DNA of 64,000 nt, taken from Squalus acanthias (taxonomy: Eukaryota). Below, in pieces: positions 35,330 to 47,066 of this stretch. The notes under the pieces are model-generated. The model was not told where the DNA came from and did not search any database. It was given only the letters and a program-made list of their open reading frames with translations. The stretch covers positions 12,526,001-12,590,000 of the forward strand of contig CM059433.1 of NCBI GenBank assembly GCA_030390025.1. Direction: 5' to 3'. Positions within the stretch are counted from its first letter, which is position 1, and each line of letters opens with the position of its first letter. Position numbers and translations under genes: made by a program.

Positions 35330-37497
35330 CGCAGTTACTGGTCTAGTAATCCAGAGGCCTTGACTAATAATCCAGTTGGAACGTGAGTTCAAATCCCACC
35401 ATGCCAGTTTGAGAATTTCGATTCAGTTAAAAATAAATCTGGAAATAAAAAGCTGGGCCGCGATTTTGCTGACCTCGGCGGGTCCGTGGTGGGCGACGTC
35501 GGTGGCGGGTCCCGACCTCGCTGTTGGCTCCAGCCCGCTGTCAAAATGAATTTCCCTTGATGGGGCTAGTTAAGACCGCCCAGCGCGTTTCCCGGCCAAT
35601 TAGAGGAAGCAGGTCTGGTGACATCATTTGATGACGCGTCATCACTCGGTTTTCTTAAAGGGAAGGTGTCCAAGTTTATTTTGACATTTGTGCTGTCAGT
35701 GTTCTACAGCATTGAGGTGCACGGCTGCACCCAGGCTCTCCCATGACTCCCTCCATATGCTTATGGAGGGAGTCACAGCACGCAGGGAGGTCCTCTTACC
35801 TTCCCATGGGCGGAAGAGACCTCCCCAGGAGATCAACGCAGCCTGGTTACACATTGCACAGGAGGACACAAGCAGGGACGTCATAAGAAGGAGCAGGTTG
35901 CAGTGGCACAAACCTTTCAATGATCTCAGTAGATCACGAAATGTTACTGCAAAGCCACACTGAACCTCACCCTGCTGTGCCTCTCATCAAATCCCCATCA
36001 CTCTGCCTTCCCTACCCTACTCCTGCACATCCTTACTCACACCAACTTACCTTGCACCTCCACCCATCCCTCTCTATCTACATTATCACATCCCCATCTC
36101 ACTAGCCACCCCTCACACTCACCCTCATCCTAGTGCAATCATACCAACTAACAACACACAAGGGTAGGCACTTGGGTGTTTTAAGCAATGTCCATGTAAA
36201 GTTTCTGTTAATGTGGTGTCATTGAAACCTTTATTTTCAACACTTTGTGTTCTTGGACAGATTTGTGTGTATCTTTGGAAGTTTCTTAGTGAGTTGCAGT
36301 GAATAGTGTGACATAATGGTACTCCTGCAATGAGTGTGAAAGGAATGGCTTGGGCATTGTAGTGATGCTTTATGGTGTTGGTGTGGGGCGGTGCCAACCT
36401 GGCGCATCATATGGCAGCCAGGGTGTACAGCATCAAGTGAAGTAAAGCTGGCCATGCTGAGGCCATCCCTGGCGTCCCGGGTAGCAATGTGGTCGGGTGC
36501 TGATGCCCTGTGTCCTGTCAGCATCAGTTGATTGCGGAAAAGGTTGGTGTTGTTGTTGGTGCTGCTGGTGTTGGGAGTGATCGTGGTGGGATTCTGAGGA
36601 CCAAGGTGAGAGAGTATAAAGGGCACCCATGCTGATGGAATAGATGGCAGGTGAAGTCGAGATGACAGAAGCGATCTGTCAATGGTGGGAGAGGTAATGA
36701 GGTCAGACTGGATGCAGACTTGTGTAAAGACTTGCAGCATGGTGAATCTGTTGTGGAAATGCAGTGAGGAAGAGCTTGTGGCTGAGGGAAGATATCTCTG
36801 TAAGGTGGGAGCTTTTACTTGACATTTGAAGCTGTCAACTCAACAGCTGATTCAATGGCCACTGACCTCCCACCTCAGCTTGACAGACGTGGTCTAGCAC
36901 CAGCGTGAAACCCGTGGCCGAGCTATCAAATTCAAAAGGTCAGTTTAAAACCATTGTTAAGTGGCTGTAAACAAGCCACTAATCATTTAAATTGGCTTCC
37001 CCGCCGCTGCGTGTCGGGTCTGCTCAGCGTTCACGGACCCGACATTTGGTAAAGGCGCGTGGCGGTAGGTTCACAGCGGGGTCCCGACCCGCTGGGGAAA
37101 AAAAACACTTTCCCGCCCGACCCACCACCGATTATGCCCGCTGACCCCCCAGAAAATCTTGGCCCTGGTATTGGTTAAAGAAAAGAGGTGACCTTGAAAC
37201 AATTGGATTATCGTAAAAACCCAACTGGTTGACTAATGTACCTTAGGGAAGGAAACCTGTTGTCCTCACCCGCTCTGGCCCCGTATGTGACTCAAGTCTC
37301 ACATCAACATGGTTGTCTCATAACTGCCCTCTGGTGGCATTCTAAACTGCTCAGTTGAATCAAACCGCTACAATAAATATCACGCGGACTGCAGCGGTTC
37401 AGAAGGCGGCCACCACCACCTTCTCAGGGCAACTAGGGAAGGGCAATAAATACCAGCCTAGGCACCAATGCCCACATCTCGAGAATGAATAATACAA
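35330..37497 (+). mobile_element. tRNA-like SINE with tail of the poly-A CR1-group LINE, split by Harbinger insertion 35456-37164
   Basis: B box gagttcaaatccc at ~35386; 37385-37480 matches LINE end 30810-30910. Confidence 0.75.
35456..37164. mobile_element. Non-autonomous PIF/Harbinger transposon with Myb/SANT remnant
   Basis: TIRs ggccgcgatttt / aaaatcttggcc; TSD ctg. ORF 35688-35963 reads APRLSHDSLHMLMEGV..AAWLHIAQE..QWHKPFNDL. Confidence 0.85.
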
Positions 37498-38120
37498 AAA
37501 AACTGGGGGAGGGGATTGCCCAGTCCCCTTCAGACCTCAGCCATTTCCCGCTCAACCTCTCTGTCAAGGAGCTGATCAAAATAATTTTCTTAATTGTACC
37601 TTTGATTCGGGGGGTGCAGGCCACTTGCCTCCCTTGGTAGGTGCCCCTTCCAGCCTCATCTCTCTTGGCAAACCATTCTCAGGTGCTATTATGGGCCCCA
37701 AAATAGCCAGGGAAATGGGAAAACCCATTGTAGGCAGGGTCCCATTCCCCCCACTCTCCCCCCCCCCCCCCCCCCCACCCCCACCATCAATGACATTGGT
37801 GTTAGGGGTGGACGGAAGTTCCTCCCCTTACAAAGCATGCCGGAAAATCCTGGGAGTGGCAGGGACCCGGTGCATTCCTGTCACTTTCCACTGGGTTCCA
37901 TTGGACTCCTGCCAGACTTACAGTGGGAGACCAGCGGAACCCTCACAGATTTTCGTGTTTTTATTATTGAAGATAGCACGTCTCTTGCAGCTCTCTCAAC
38001 ATCCCGTCTGTGCAGCAGTCATACAGAAGTTAAGGCCTCTGTTCATGGTTGTAAGAATAGATCTCGAGTGCCACAGCAATTTACAGAGAATGGAACGACA
38101 AAATTACTTTGAAAGCCTGT

Positions 38121-38585
38121 CAGCTGTGGCTCAGTGGGTAGCACACTCGCCTCTGAGTCAGAAGGTCGTGGGTTCAAATCCCACTCCAGGGACTTGAGCA
38201 CATAAAGCTAGGCTGACACTCCAGTGCAGTGCTGAGGGAGTGCTGCACTGTCGGAGGTGCCGTCTTTCGGATGGGACGTTAAACCGAGGCCCCGTCTGCT
38301 CTCTCAGGTGGATGTAAAAGATCCCATGGCACTATATCGAAGAAGAGCAGGGGAGCTATCCCCGGTGTCCTGGCCAATATTTATCCCTCAATCAACATAA
38401 CAAACACAGATTATCTGGTCATTATCACATTGCTGTTTGTGAGAGCTTGTTGTGTGCAAATTGGCTGCTGCGTTTCCCACATTACAACAGTGACTACTCT
38501 CCAAAAGTATCTCATTGGTTGTAAAGTGCTTTGAGACGTCCGGTGGTCATGAAAGGCGCTATATAAATGCAAGTCTTTCTTTTTT
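38121..38585 (+). mobile_element. Full-length DeuSINE (SacSINE1-like): tRNA head, Deu domain, L2-type tail
   Basis: A box tggctcagtgg, B box ggttcaaatcc, gacgttaaaccgagg..aaagatcccatggcac..gtgtcctggccaa, tail cgctatataaatgcaagtctttct. Confidence 0.85.
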
Positions 38586-38912
38586 TCATTTTGCAAATTA
38601 CTAATGCTACTGCACTGTTTGATATAAATGGAATAAATGACAGGGAGTGGAGATTTATACAGAAATCAATTGATGATGGCAGGCTGCATGACCTACTCGT
38701 CCTTTAGACTCAGTGATGATGTGGTCCAATGATTTTTCTGTTTTATATTGTTTGCATATATGGCCGCTCCCCACTGTTTATTCTATATATGAATCGCAAA
38801 TGTGAAGAGTGGGCGTCTGTAGGGAATGTGTAGGAAAAAGATCTAATAAACAAAGGCTTTCCCTCTTTTTGTGTATTTCCTGGTGCTGATGTTGAAGGAC
38901 TAGGAAACTGAA

Positions 38913-40703
38913 GGTCGCGATTTCCCCTACCTCGGCGGGTCCGTGGCGGGCGACGTCGGTGGCGGGTCCTGACCCCGCTGCTGGTTCCAGCCCGCTGTCC
39001 AAAATAATTTCCCCTGATTGGGCTTGTTAAGCCCGCCCAGTGCGTTTTCTGGCCAATTGAAGGAAGCGGGTCTGATGACGTCATTTGATGACACTTCATC
39101 AGCCGGTTTCCTTAAAGGGACCATGCGCAAATTGATTTTGACATTTGTGCTGTGAGTGTTCTACAGCATTGAGGTGCTGCAAACACTGACAAGCACTGCA
39201 CAGAGGTGCACGGCTGCACCCAGGCTCTCTCATGACTTCCTTCATATGCTTATGGAGGGAGTCACAGCACGCAGGGAGCTTCTCTTCCCTTCCAATGGGC
39301 GGAAGAGACCTCCCCAGGTGATCAATGCAGCCTGGTTGCACATTGCACAGGAGGGCACAAGCAGGGATGTCATAAGGAGGACCAGGCTGCAGTGGCGCAA
39401 ACCTTTCAATGATCTCAGTAGATCAAGAAACGTTACTGCCAAGCCACATTCAACCTCATCCTGCTGTGCCACTCATCACATCCCCATCACTCTGCCTTCC
39501 CTACCCTACTCCTGCACATCCTTACTCACACCAACTTACCTTGCACCTTCACCCATCCCTCTCTATCTACATTATCATTTCCCCATCTCACTATCCACCC
39601 CTCACACTCACCCTCATCCTAGTCCAATTATACTAACTAAAAACACACAAGGGTAGGCACTTGTGTGTTTTAGCCAATGTTCATGTGAAGTTTCTGTTAA
39701 TGTGCTGTCAAACATTGAATTCTTTATTTTCAACACTTTGCGTTCTTGGACAGATTTATGTGAACCTTTGGAAGTGGCTTAGTGAGTTGCAGTGAATGGT
39801 GAGACATAACGGTACCCCCCCGCAATGGTGATGAGTGTGAAAGGAATGGCTTGGGTATTGTAGGGATGCCTTATGATGTTGGTGTGGGGTGATGCCAACC
39901 TGGCGCATCATGTGGCTGCCAGGGTGTACAGCGTCAAGTGAAGTAAATCTGGCCTTGCTGAGGCCATCCCTGGCGTCCCGGGCAGCAATGTGGTCGGGTG
40001 CTGATGCCCTGTGTCCTGTGCAGTATCAGTTGATTGCGGAGAAGGTTCGTGTTGTTGTTGGTGCTGCTGGTGTACCTGGTGCTGCTGGTGTTGGGGCTGA
40101 TCGTGGTGGGATTCTGAGGACCAAGGTGAGATAGTTTCAAGGGCACCGATGCTGATGGCAGGTGAACTTGAGGTGACAGAAGCCATGTGTCAATGGTGAG
40201 AGAGGTTGTTCCAATGAGGTGACACTGGATAGAGAGATTGCTCCAAACCCTTGCAACCTGCATAAAGTTCAATCTGTCTTCCAAATGCAGTAAGCAACAG
40301 CTTCTGAGCTTGGAAAGTGAACAGCTGTGAGATGGGAGCTTTTGTAGCACATTTTTAGCTGTCAAGTAATGAGATGATTCCATGGTCATACAAATCCCGA
40401 CCTGCTGACCTGACGTGATCCCCGAGCAGCGTGGACCCCATGGGTGACCTCGTAAAATGTTAAAGTGAGCTCAAAATACCTCTTAATGGGCTGTTAACAA
40501 GGTCATAATGACTTGAATTGCCTCCCCCGCCGCTGCGTATTGGGTCTGTTCAGCCCTGACAGACCTGACATCTGGGAAAGGCGCGTGGCGGTGGGTTGAC
40601 AGCGGGGTCCTGACCCGCTGACAAAAAAACCTTTCCGACCCGACCCACCACTGACCCCCAGCTGACCCCCCACTGACCCCCGACCCCCCGAAAAATTGCC
40701 CCC
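38913..40703. mobile_element. Second copy of non-autonomous Harbinger with Myb/SANT remnant
   Basis: Colinear with 35456-37164; flanking gaa at 38910-12 and 40704-06; ORF 39156-39656. Confidence 0.85.
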
Positions 40704-41299
40704 GAAGTGTCTGCGGTGATTAAAAGGGATGATCGATACGTAAGAAACCTGATATCACAACTCAGGATTCCAATAAAAACCTTCATAAATCCTGGAGGCA
40801 CGGGGTGGGGTGGCTATATTGATTTACGGATGTTTGGTACAGCACCAAACAACAGCAAGAGATAATCTCAGAAACGGATTCTCTCTCGAATATGCTGGAA
40901 ATATCTTTTCTTCCCATACAGGCAACAGGTTGCGCAATGGTAGATTGTAAAATGTGTGAACAAATGTGTTTTTACAGCTTCACATCTACGACAGGATGAA
41001 AACCACTAAAAGTCCCACTTTTTGTGTTAATTCAAGGTGAAGTTGAATGAAGGAATTTGATGCAGTCAGTCTAACTCTGTATAGGAAAAATAGCAGTAGC
41101 TACTGAATAATACAGTCCCTTTCACAGATATTGTTCGATGCTAAAAATTGCAGCTGTAAATGATAATTTGAAATTGCACATTTATATTCAGTCAGTTCTG
41201 GAATTGTTCTGCGAATATCTAAGATTTCGTGAATCTCACTATTACAAATATGCAAATAGTTCATGATTTTTCAGGAGAGCTGCATTGATTATTCAGAGG

Positions 41300-41504
41300 C
41301 TTGTAAGTTTAGAAACCAGTAGTGAAAAGCTTCAGGATAAAACAGAAAGTATGGTGCGATTGTTTACCATTTTTTGACTCTCTTTTGCCGTTATTCTTTT
41401 CCATGCAAGCTACCATTTGACTGTTTCTAATTGCAGGATTAATTTCATTAATGTGATTATTTAGGGATCTGTGCTATTGTTCTACGGACACTGCTATTTA
41501 GTTT
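41300..41504 (+). repeat. Unclassified hairpin-forming element, copy 1
   Basis: Colinear with 46747-46961; imperfect palindrome at 41300-41437. Confidence 0.8.
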
Positions 41505-42615
41505 ATGGCATTTTTCAAATGTAAATAAACAGAACGTATAATAGAAAATGCTGCAAGTACACAGCTGATGAAGTGGCACCTAATTGAGATCGGTTAAGAT
41601 TTTGGGTGGGACCCTTGGTCAGAACTTTAATATTTTGTTTTATTTTCCGATCTTCAGTTTTTTCTTTTTCTTTTTCTGGCTGCACAACACCTAACTTTGA
41701 AATCAGATCCAATCAATTGAGCCAGTATCTAAGTCTTGCCTATCTGCATCATATTTTAAGAATATCTGCATGCTATTCACAAAATACTTGCTGCTCAGAT
41801 CCTATTTCTAAGATTCTGGGAAACGCTCAAGTTAAGAATATGCTCATTTCAGTCTGTGGATAGCTTCATATATAAATTTAGCTCATATGCTAATTAACGT
41901 GGTATTAATTTCGGAATATGACAATGGGGGCAGCATGTTAACAAGTGTTTTCCGTAAGTGTGAAAGTCCCACAGCATCAGCATTCTAAATATCAGTGAGG
42001 ATTCAAGGTTGTTGTCACTCCTGAAAAGCATCTTTAGCAGATGATTACCAGTATGACCTTTTCCTTATTCTATGGAGTGTTGATTGGGTCTTTTTTTTAA
42101 AACTGGACCGGTCAAGCATACGACCTTCTGGAGATCTTTAATAACACAGTTATACTTTTATACTGTAGCCTGGCTTCTGAATCTTGCAAGTGACGTGTTG
42201 CTCAGAATTGGTCCTTGCAACTTTTAAACTTTGGCCTTTACCCAAAGTCAGGATGCCCGTCCGTATAGGCCAGCGTTCTGAAAATTGCTTTTTCACCATC
42301 TTGCATAGGTGGGTTGAGAACTCAGACCTCCGGTAGTCAGGGAAAAAAGGCAGCCATGTATAATTGCCAACACTGGTGCACTGTCTGCAGAAACCTATAT
42401 TTTGAAGTGGCTCTCCGTGCCTCTGATGGCACTAGTTTCAGTGCTGTCTCCAAGGCAGTCTTCCTATGGAAGCAGAGCTGTATTATCAATACAGTGCCAG
42501 ACATTATTAGTTTGAATATATTCTTACTTTGATTGTTCACTTGAGCGAATGATCACTGGTCTGGGCCTGTGCATTGTTCATCTGTTAGAATAAAATTGTG
42601 CATATTTGGACAACA

Positions 42616-43665
42616 AAAGAAAGAAAGAAAAATCTTGCATTTATATAGCGCCTTTCACAACCTCAGGATATCCCAAAGCCCTTTACAGCCAATTAAGTAC
42701 TTTTTTCGAAGTGTAGTCACTGTTGTAATGTAGGAAACGTGGCAGCCAATCTGCACGTAGCAAGGTCCCACAAAAACAGCAATGTGTTAATGACCAGATA
42801 ATCTGTTTTAGTGATGTCGGTTGAGGGATAAATATGGCCAGGAGGGGAGAAAGCTTTGCTACAGCCCTGGTTAGACCACATCTGGAGTACTGTGTACAGT
42901 TCTGGGCACAACACCTTCGGAAGGATATATTGGCCTTGGAAGGAGTGCAGTGCAGATTCACCAGAATGTTACCAGGGCTCCAGGGGTTATGGTATGAGAA
43001 GAGATTACATAAACTAGGCTTGTATTCCCTGGAATATAGAAGGTTAAGGGGTAATTTGTTTGAGGTTTTTAGGATTTTTGAAAGGAATTGATAGAGGTAG
43101 ATAGAGCGAAACTTTCCCGCTGGTGGGGGAGTCTAGGATGAGGGGACATAATTTTAAAATCAAAGCCAGGCTATTCAGGAGAGAAGTTAGGAGAAACTTC
43201 TTCAAGCAAAGGGTGGTAGAAGTGTGGAATTCTCTCCCACAAAAAGCAATAGATGCAAGCTCAATTAATAATTTTAAATCTGAGATCGATAGATTTTTGC
43301 AAGCCAAGGGTATTAAAAGATATGTATTTAAGGTGGGTAAATGGATTTAGAATACAGATAAGCCATGATCTCTTTGAATGGCAGAACAGGCTTGAGGTGC
43401 TGAATGACCAACCTCTGTTCCTATATTCCTAGGACACCTGGGAGAACTCTCCTGCTTTTCCTTGAATAGTGCCATGGGATCCTGAGAAGGCAGACAGGGC
43501 CTCAGTTAACATCTCATTTGAAAGCACCTCAGACAGTGCAGCATTCCCTCGGCATTGCACTGAAGTGCCAGCCTGGATTTTGTTCTCAGTTCTACTGGAG
43601 GGGAACTTGAACCTGTAACCTTCTGACGGAGCGGTGAGAGAGCTACCACCGAGCCACGGTTGACA
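42616..43665 (-). mobile_element. DeuSINE split by + strand CR1 3' fragment (~42855-43430)
   Basis: SINE tail at 42616-42845 and head at 43431-43665; CR1 ORFs 42834-43091 and 43123-43350. Confidence 0.8.
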
Positions 43666-44399
43666 CTACAGACCAGAGGTAGTCATGTTCTCTGCAATTA
43701 TTTGCACTGTGTTGCCTAACGTTAGTCAAACACGTTAGGATTTTTAACATTCCACTCGGAAATAAATTAGATCACAGAAATGAAAATGATGCATGATTTA
43801 GATATTGACATCCTCTGGCTGTGTCGATGGATAAAATTCCCCAAAAGAACATGCAATGTCAAGTGGACAGAAATGAATTCACTGACCCCCGTCTGAAAGT
43901 TATGATGATTGTATCCTTATGGCACATAAAACATTTTAACTGAAAATACCACAGCAGCATTCAGACTTTCCTTATATAATCTCTGCTTTGCATCAGAAAT
44001 CATTTTTTAGACGGGGAGAGGGAACTGTTCAATAGCTGCTTGCAAAATATAATTGAATATATTTCTAGAATGTATGATTGTAATGTTACAATGTTGTAGA
44101 TAATTATCAAATGTCATTTTTTTGGAATGTCAGTATCTCCGGTGCCACAACTTGGATTTCACAGCAAACGTGTGGAGTCCTTTTGTTTTCTCGAAAGGGT
44201 TACTATTGTCCTCATTTCACTTATCGTGTGAGATCAGGCCACTATCTGATCTGACAGTGCGAGGACAACAGCTTGTGGGCTATGGTGGTCACGTAGGCTT
44301 CAGGAGAATGTGCCTCTCAACAGTGCAGCCGAGTGTGCAGGAGTTCAGCTTCACTCTCCCCTGGACTGAAAAATCCAAGCTGCCATTTTTTTTTTTAAC

Positions 44400-45152
44400 A
44401 GACTGTAAATGATTCCTATTCCTTGGTTCACAGAACATCCGATGCAGTGCCCAATCAGCTGAAAACCTCCACAGACGTCATTAGTTGTTTTGAGCACTGG
44501 CGTCTGCAGCTGCTCGGAAAGTGGAGGCTCCATTAGAGCGGCTCTATTGATTTCTGAATTAAAATGCACAAGAGCTAGCAGCAGAGACACAAGCCCAGCA
44601 AAAGGCAGACGCAGCCGAGGAGGAAAGTCACATATATATATTTTTTTTCTCGTAACCAGCACTTGGCCGTCGGTTCAGCATTTTGTTCTGCATTGGAAAA
44701 AAAAAACGGGTTAGAAACATGCAGACCTCTTTTCGGGCTGCCTCGACACAAGAGCCGTTCAGCCATTAGTGGAGGTGCTGCGAGCGTGCTTGCCAGTCAG
44801 GCAGTGATGCGCGGTAGTTCCGCCCAGACGTGTGCCTTGCCATTTTCATTTTAATCAGTTTGATCAGGATGTCTGCTGATTCATTTTGCAGGACGGCCCC
44901 TTGAGAACCAGGGTGGAAGCCTGAGGCGGGCCACCGTTGCATCATTGCAGCATTCCATATCAGCTAGACTGCAGCAAGCGCGGATTAAAAACTAGCATTT
45001 AAAACAAAACCCACGCTGATACAGTGACCCCCCCCCGCTCCTCCCCCCGCCACCACCACCACCACCACCAGATCAAAAACAAAAACAAAAATCCAGTTTT
45101 CAACAAAGAAAGGGTAGAAAAGGAGACTTCACTGTGCATCAGCAACCAAGGT
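44400..45152 (+). promoter_or_regulatory. Putative promoter and non-coding first exon of an unidentified host gene
   Basis: Local CpG/GC enrichment inside a TE-free region. CCAAT at 44451, CRE-like GACGTCA at 44474, TATA-like run at 44631-41, GC box at 44820, possible donor AAG|GTGATA at 45150/45151 followed by AT-rich sequence. Confidence 0.5.
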
Positions 45153-46746
45153 GATACTTTGTATTAAAATTCATTATCATTCATTCATAAAAGCAGAAAA
45201 ATTCAAATATAAAAATTAACTTGCCCGTTGTACCTGTTTCAGTCAGAGTGTGTGATTTTCAGAACTGACAACCTTATTATGCAGCACCTCTTATTGATAT
45301 TATTCTGCTCTTGGTTGCCATGGCCACATAGCAAGAGACATTCAATTTTCTGTGTTCCATCATCATTATCTATGAGGCCATCTGTTGTGGAAAATGAATT
45401 CAGCCTCATTTGCATGACTGATAAGCGTTTTTTTTTTTATCTATTTAACAGAAGGTCATATGCCGGAGATTTGAAGCTGGTAAAAAGATGTGAAAAAAAG
45501 CCTATCGAGAGGATGAGTGGGAGTGTGTGCATTAGTGGATGTATGTGGAAGTATAACAGATCCCTTAGGCCTGGTAGCCTATCGTGCTGCATTTGTCATC
45601 CTTGCCAAGGCGACATTTTTACCTAAGCTTCTGCACAGCGAAGAGTGCTGTTCCCTGCAGTCTGGTTGAAGTGACAGTATTTTGCTTATTGTGGTGGGTG
45701 TAGTTTAGTTCTCTCTCTTGTTGTTTTGTTCCCAGTTTCTCTGAATAGTCTGCTTATGTTCAAATATTTCTAGTACGGATTGATGAGATTCCTGTTCTTT
45801 TTTCAGTTGTGATCTGTGCTGTGTTTTAATAACTATAGCGTTTGGAAAAGAGAAAGTAGGAATAACCCAGGCAGTGCCGGGTGTGATGCAGTTCAGATTT
45901 ATATTCGAGCAATGGTTTAAAAAAAAAGAACGTAATTTATAAAAATGTGCACCTCTGAGAATATACTGCATATGCCCTTTTAGTTTGTTTGTTGAATCCA
46001 GTGGTTCAGTCTTCAGTTGTGGTTTGTTGGTTACTATTGACAGCCGTATACCTTGTCCTTTCTAATTCTATACTCAGTCGTCTGCCTTCCGATCTTGTGG
46101 TAAAAGTTCGTCACTGATCTGTTATTTGTTGAGCTGATGTAATTGGTATAAAGTCAGGACACAGGCTTGAAAGTGGCTGGAAGTTATTATGTCCACATGT
46201 GCCTACAAATATTATAGTGCCATAGTTTCAAAAGGTTGGCTTAACTGATCATCAGCAAAGAAAGCCTAATATTTTATAGAACAAACAGCAAAAATATATT
46301 TCGGGCTTCCCTTAATTTGAAGACAAGTAAAAGAGACAGTATTTAGAATTAGAGTCGGCAGATTTAGGCCATAACTGGAAAGTATCAAACTTGACCTAGA
46401 TGATAGAACTCTTAAAATGCTGCCTCAAACTAGTCGCATTTGGATCTTCAGAAAATTAGTTTGAATGCTGTAAAGTTTTAAATGATTCTGAATCAAGGTT
46501 AATATTCATAAGGTAAACATACTTAAAATGCCTTGGAGGTTCCCCAAAACTAAACAAAACAGAATTATTTGGACTTAATATATTTCACTTTTAAAGCTCA
46601 TCACATTGACGTAGGCCATCATAACTTGCTCTGTCTCTTTTACAAATCCATTATTACTTTATAAAGCTTTTATTGCTCTACTCCGTGCAGCTGCTCAGCA
46701 CTTTCAAGCTTATGTGCACTGCAGAAGCAGAATATTTATTCAAATA

Positions 46747-46961
46747 CTTGCAAGTTTAGAAACCAGTCGTGAAAGCTTCAGGATAAAACAGAAAGTAGGG
46801 TGCATCAGAGTTCACCCTATTTTTGCCTACCTATTGGTGCTATTCTTTTTCCTGCAAGTTTACATTTGACCGTTTCTGATTCCAAGATTAATTTAATGAA
46901 TGTGATTATTTAGGGATGTGTGCTTCACTGCTATTATTCTGTGGACACTGCTATTTAGTTT
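46747..46961 (+). repeat. Unclassified hairpin-forming element, copy 2
   Basis: Colinear with 41300-41504. Confidence 0.8.
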
Positions 46962-47030
46962 GTGCATCAATCCATTTGCTGGTTATCTTGGAGGGGTGGC
47001 TTCATTTGGGAAATGTGTCTTGAGTGTCCT

Positions 47031-47066
47031 GTCAGCACCGGGAGCTGTCCATGGCTGGTGCTCTGA
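47031..47066. promoter_or_regulatory. Possible non-canonical RE1/NRSE (REST) site
   Basis: TCAGCACC left half, GGAGCTGTCC reversed right half, then GGTGCT; spacing is non-canonical. Confidence 0.35.

Noticed and set aside
38121..38190. tRNA-like sequence (also ~12750-12820)
   Set aside because: A and B boxes are SINE heads continuous with SINE bodies; not tRNA genes.
44400..45152. Assigning a gene name to the putative first exon
   Set aside because: No coding sequence in the window, and I do not recognise the UTR reliably.
45228..45626. 132-aa ORF downstream of the putative first exon
   Set aside because: TTG start, no recognisable domain, intron-like composition.
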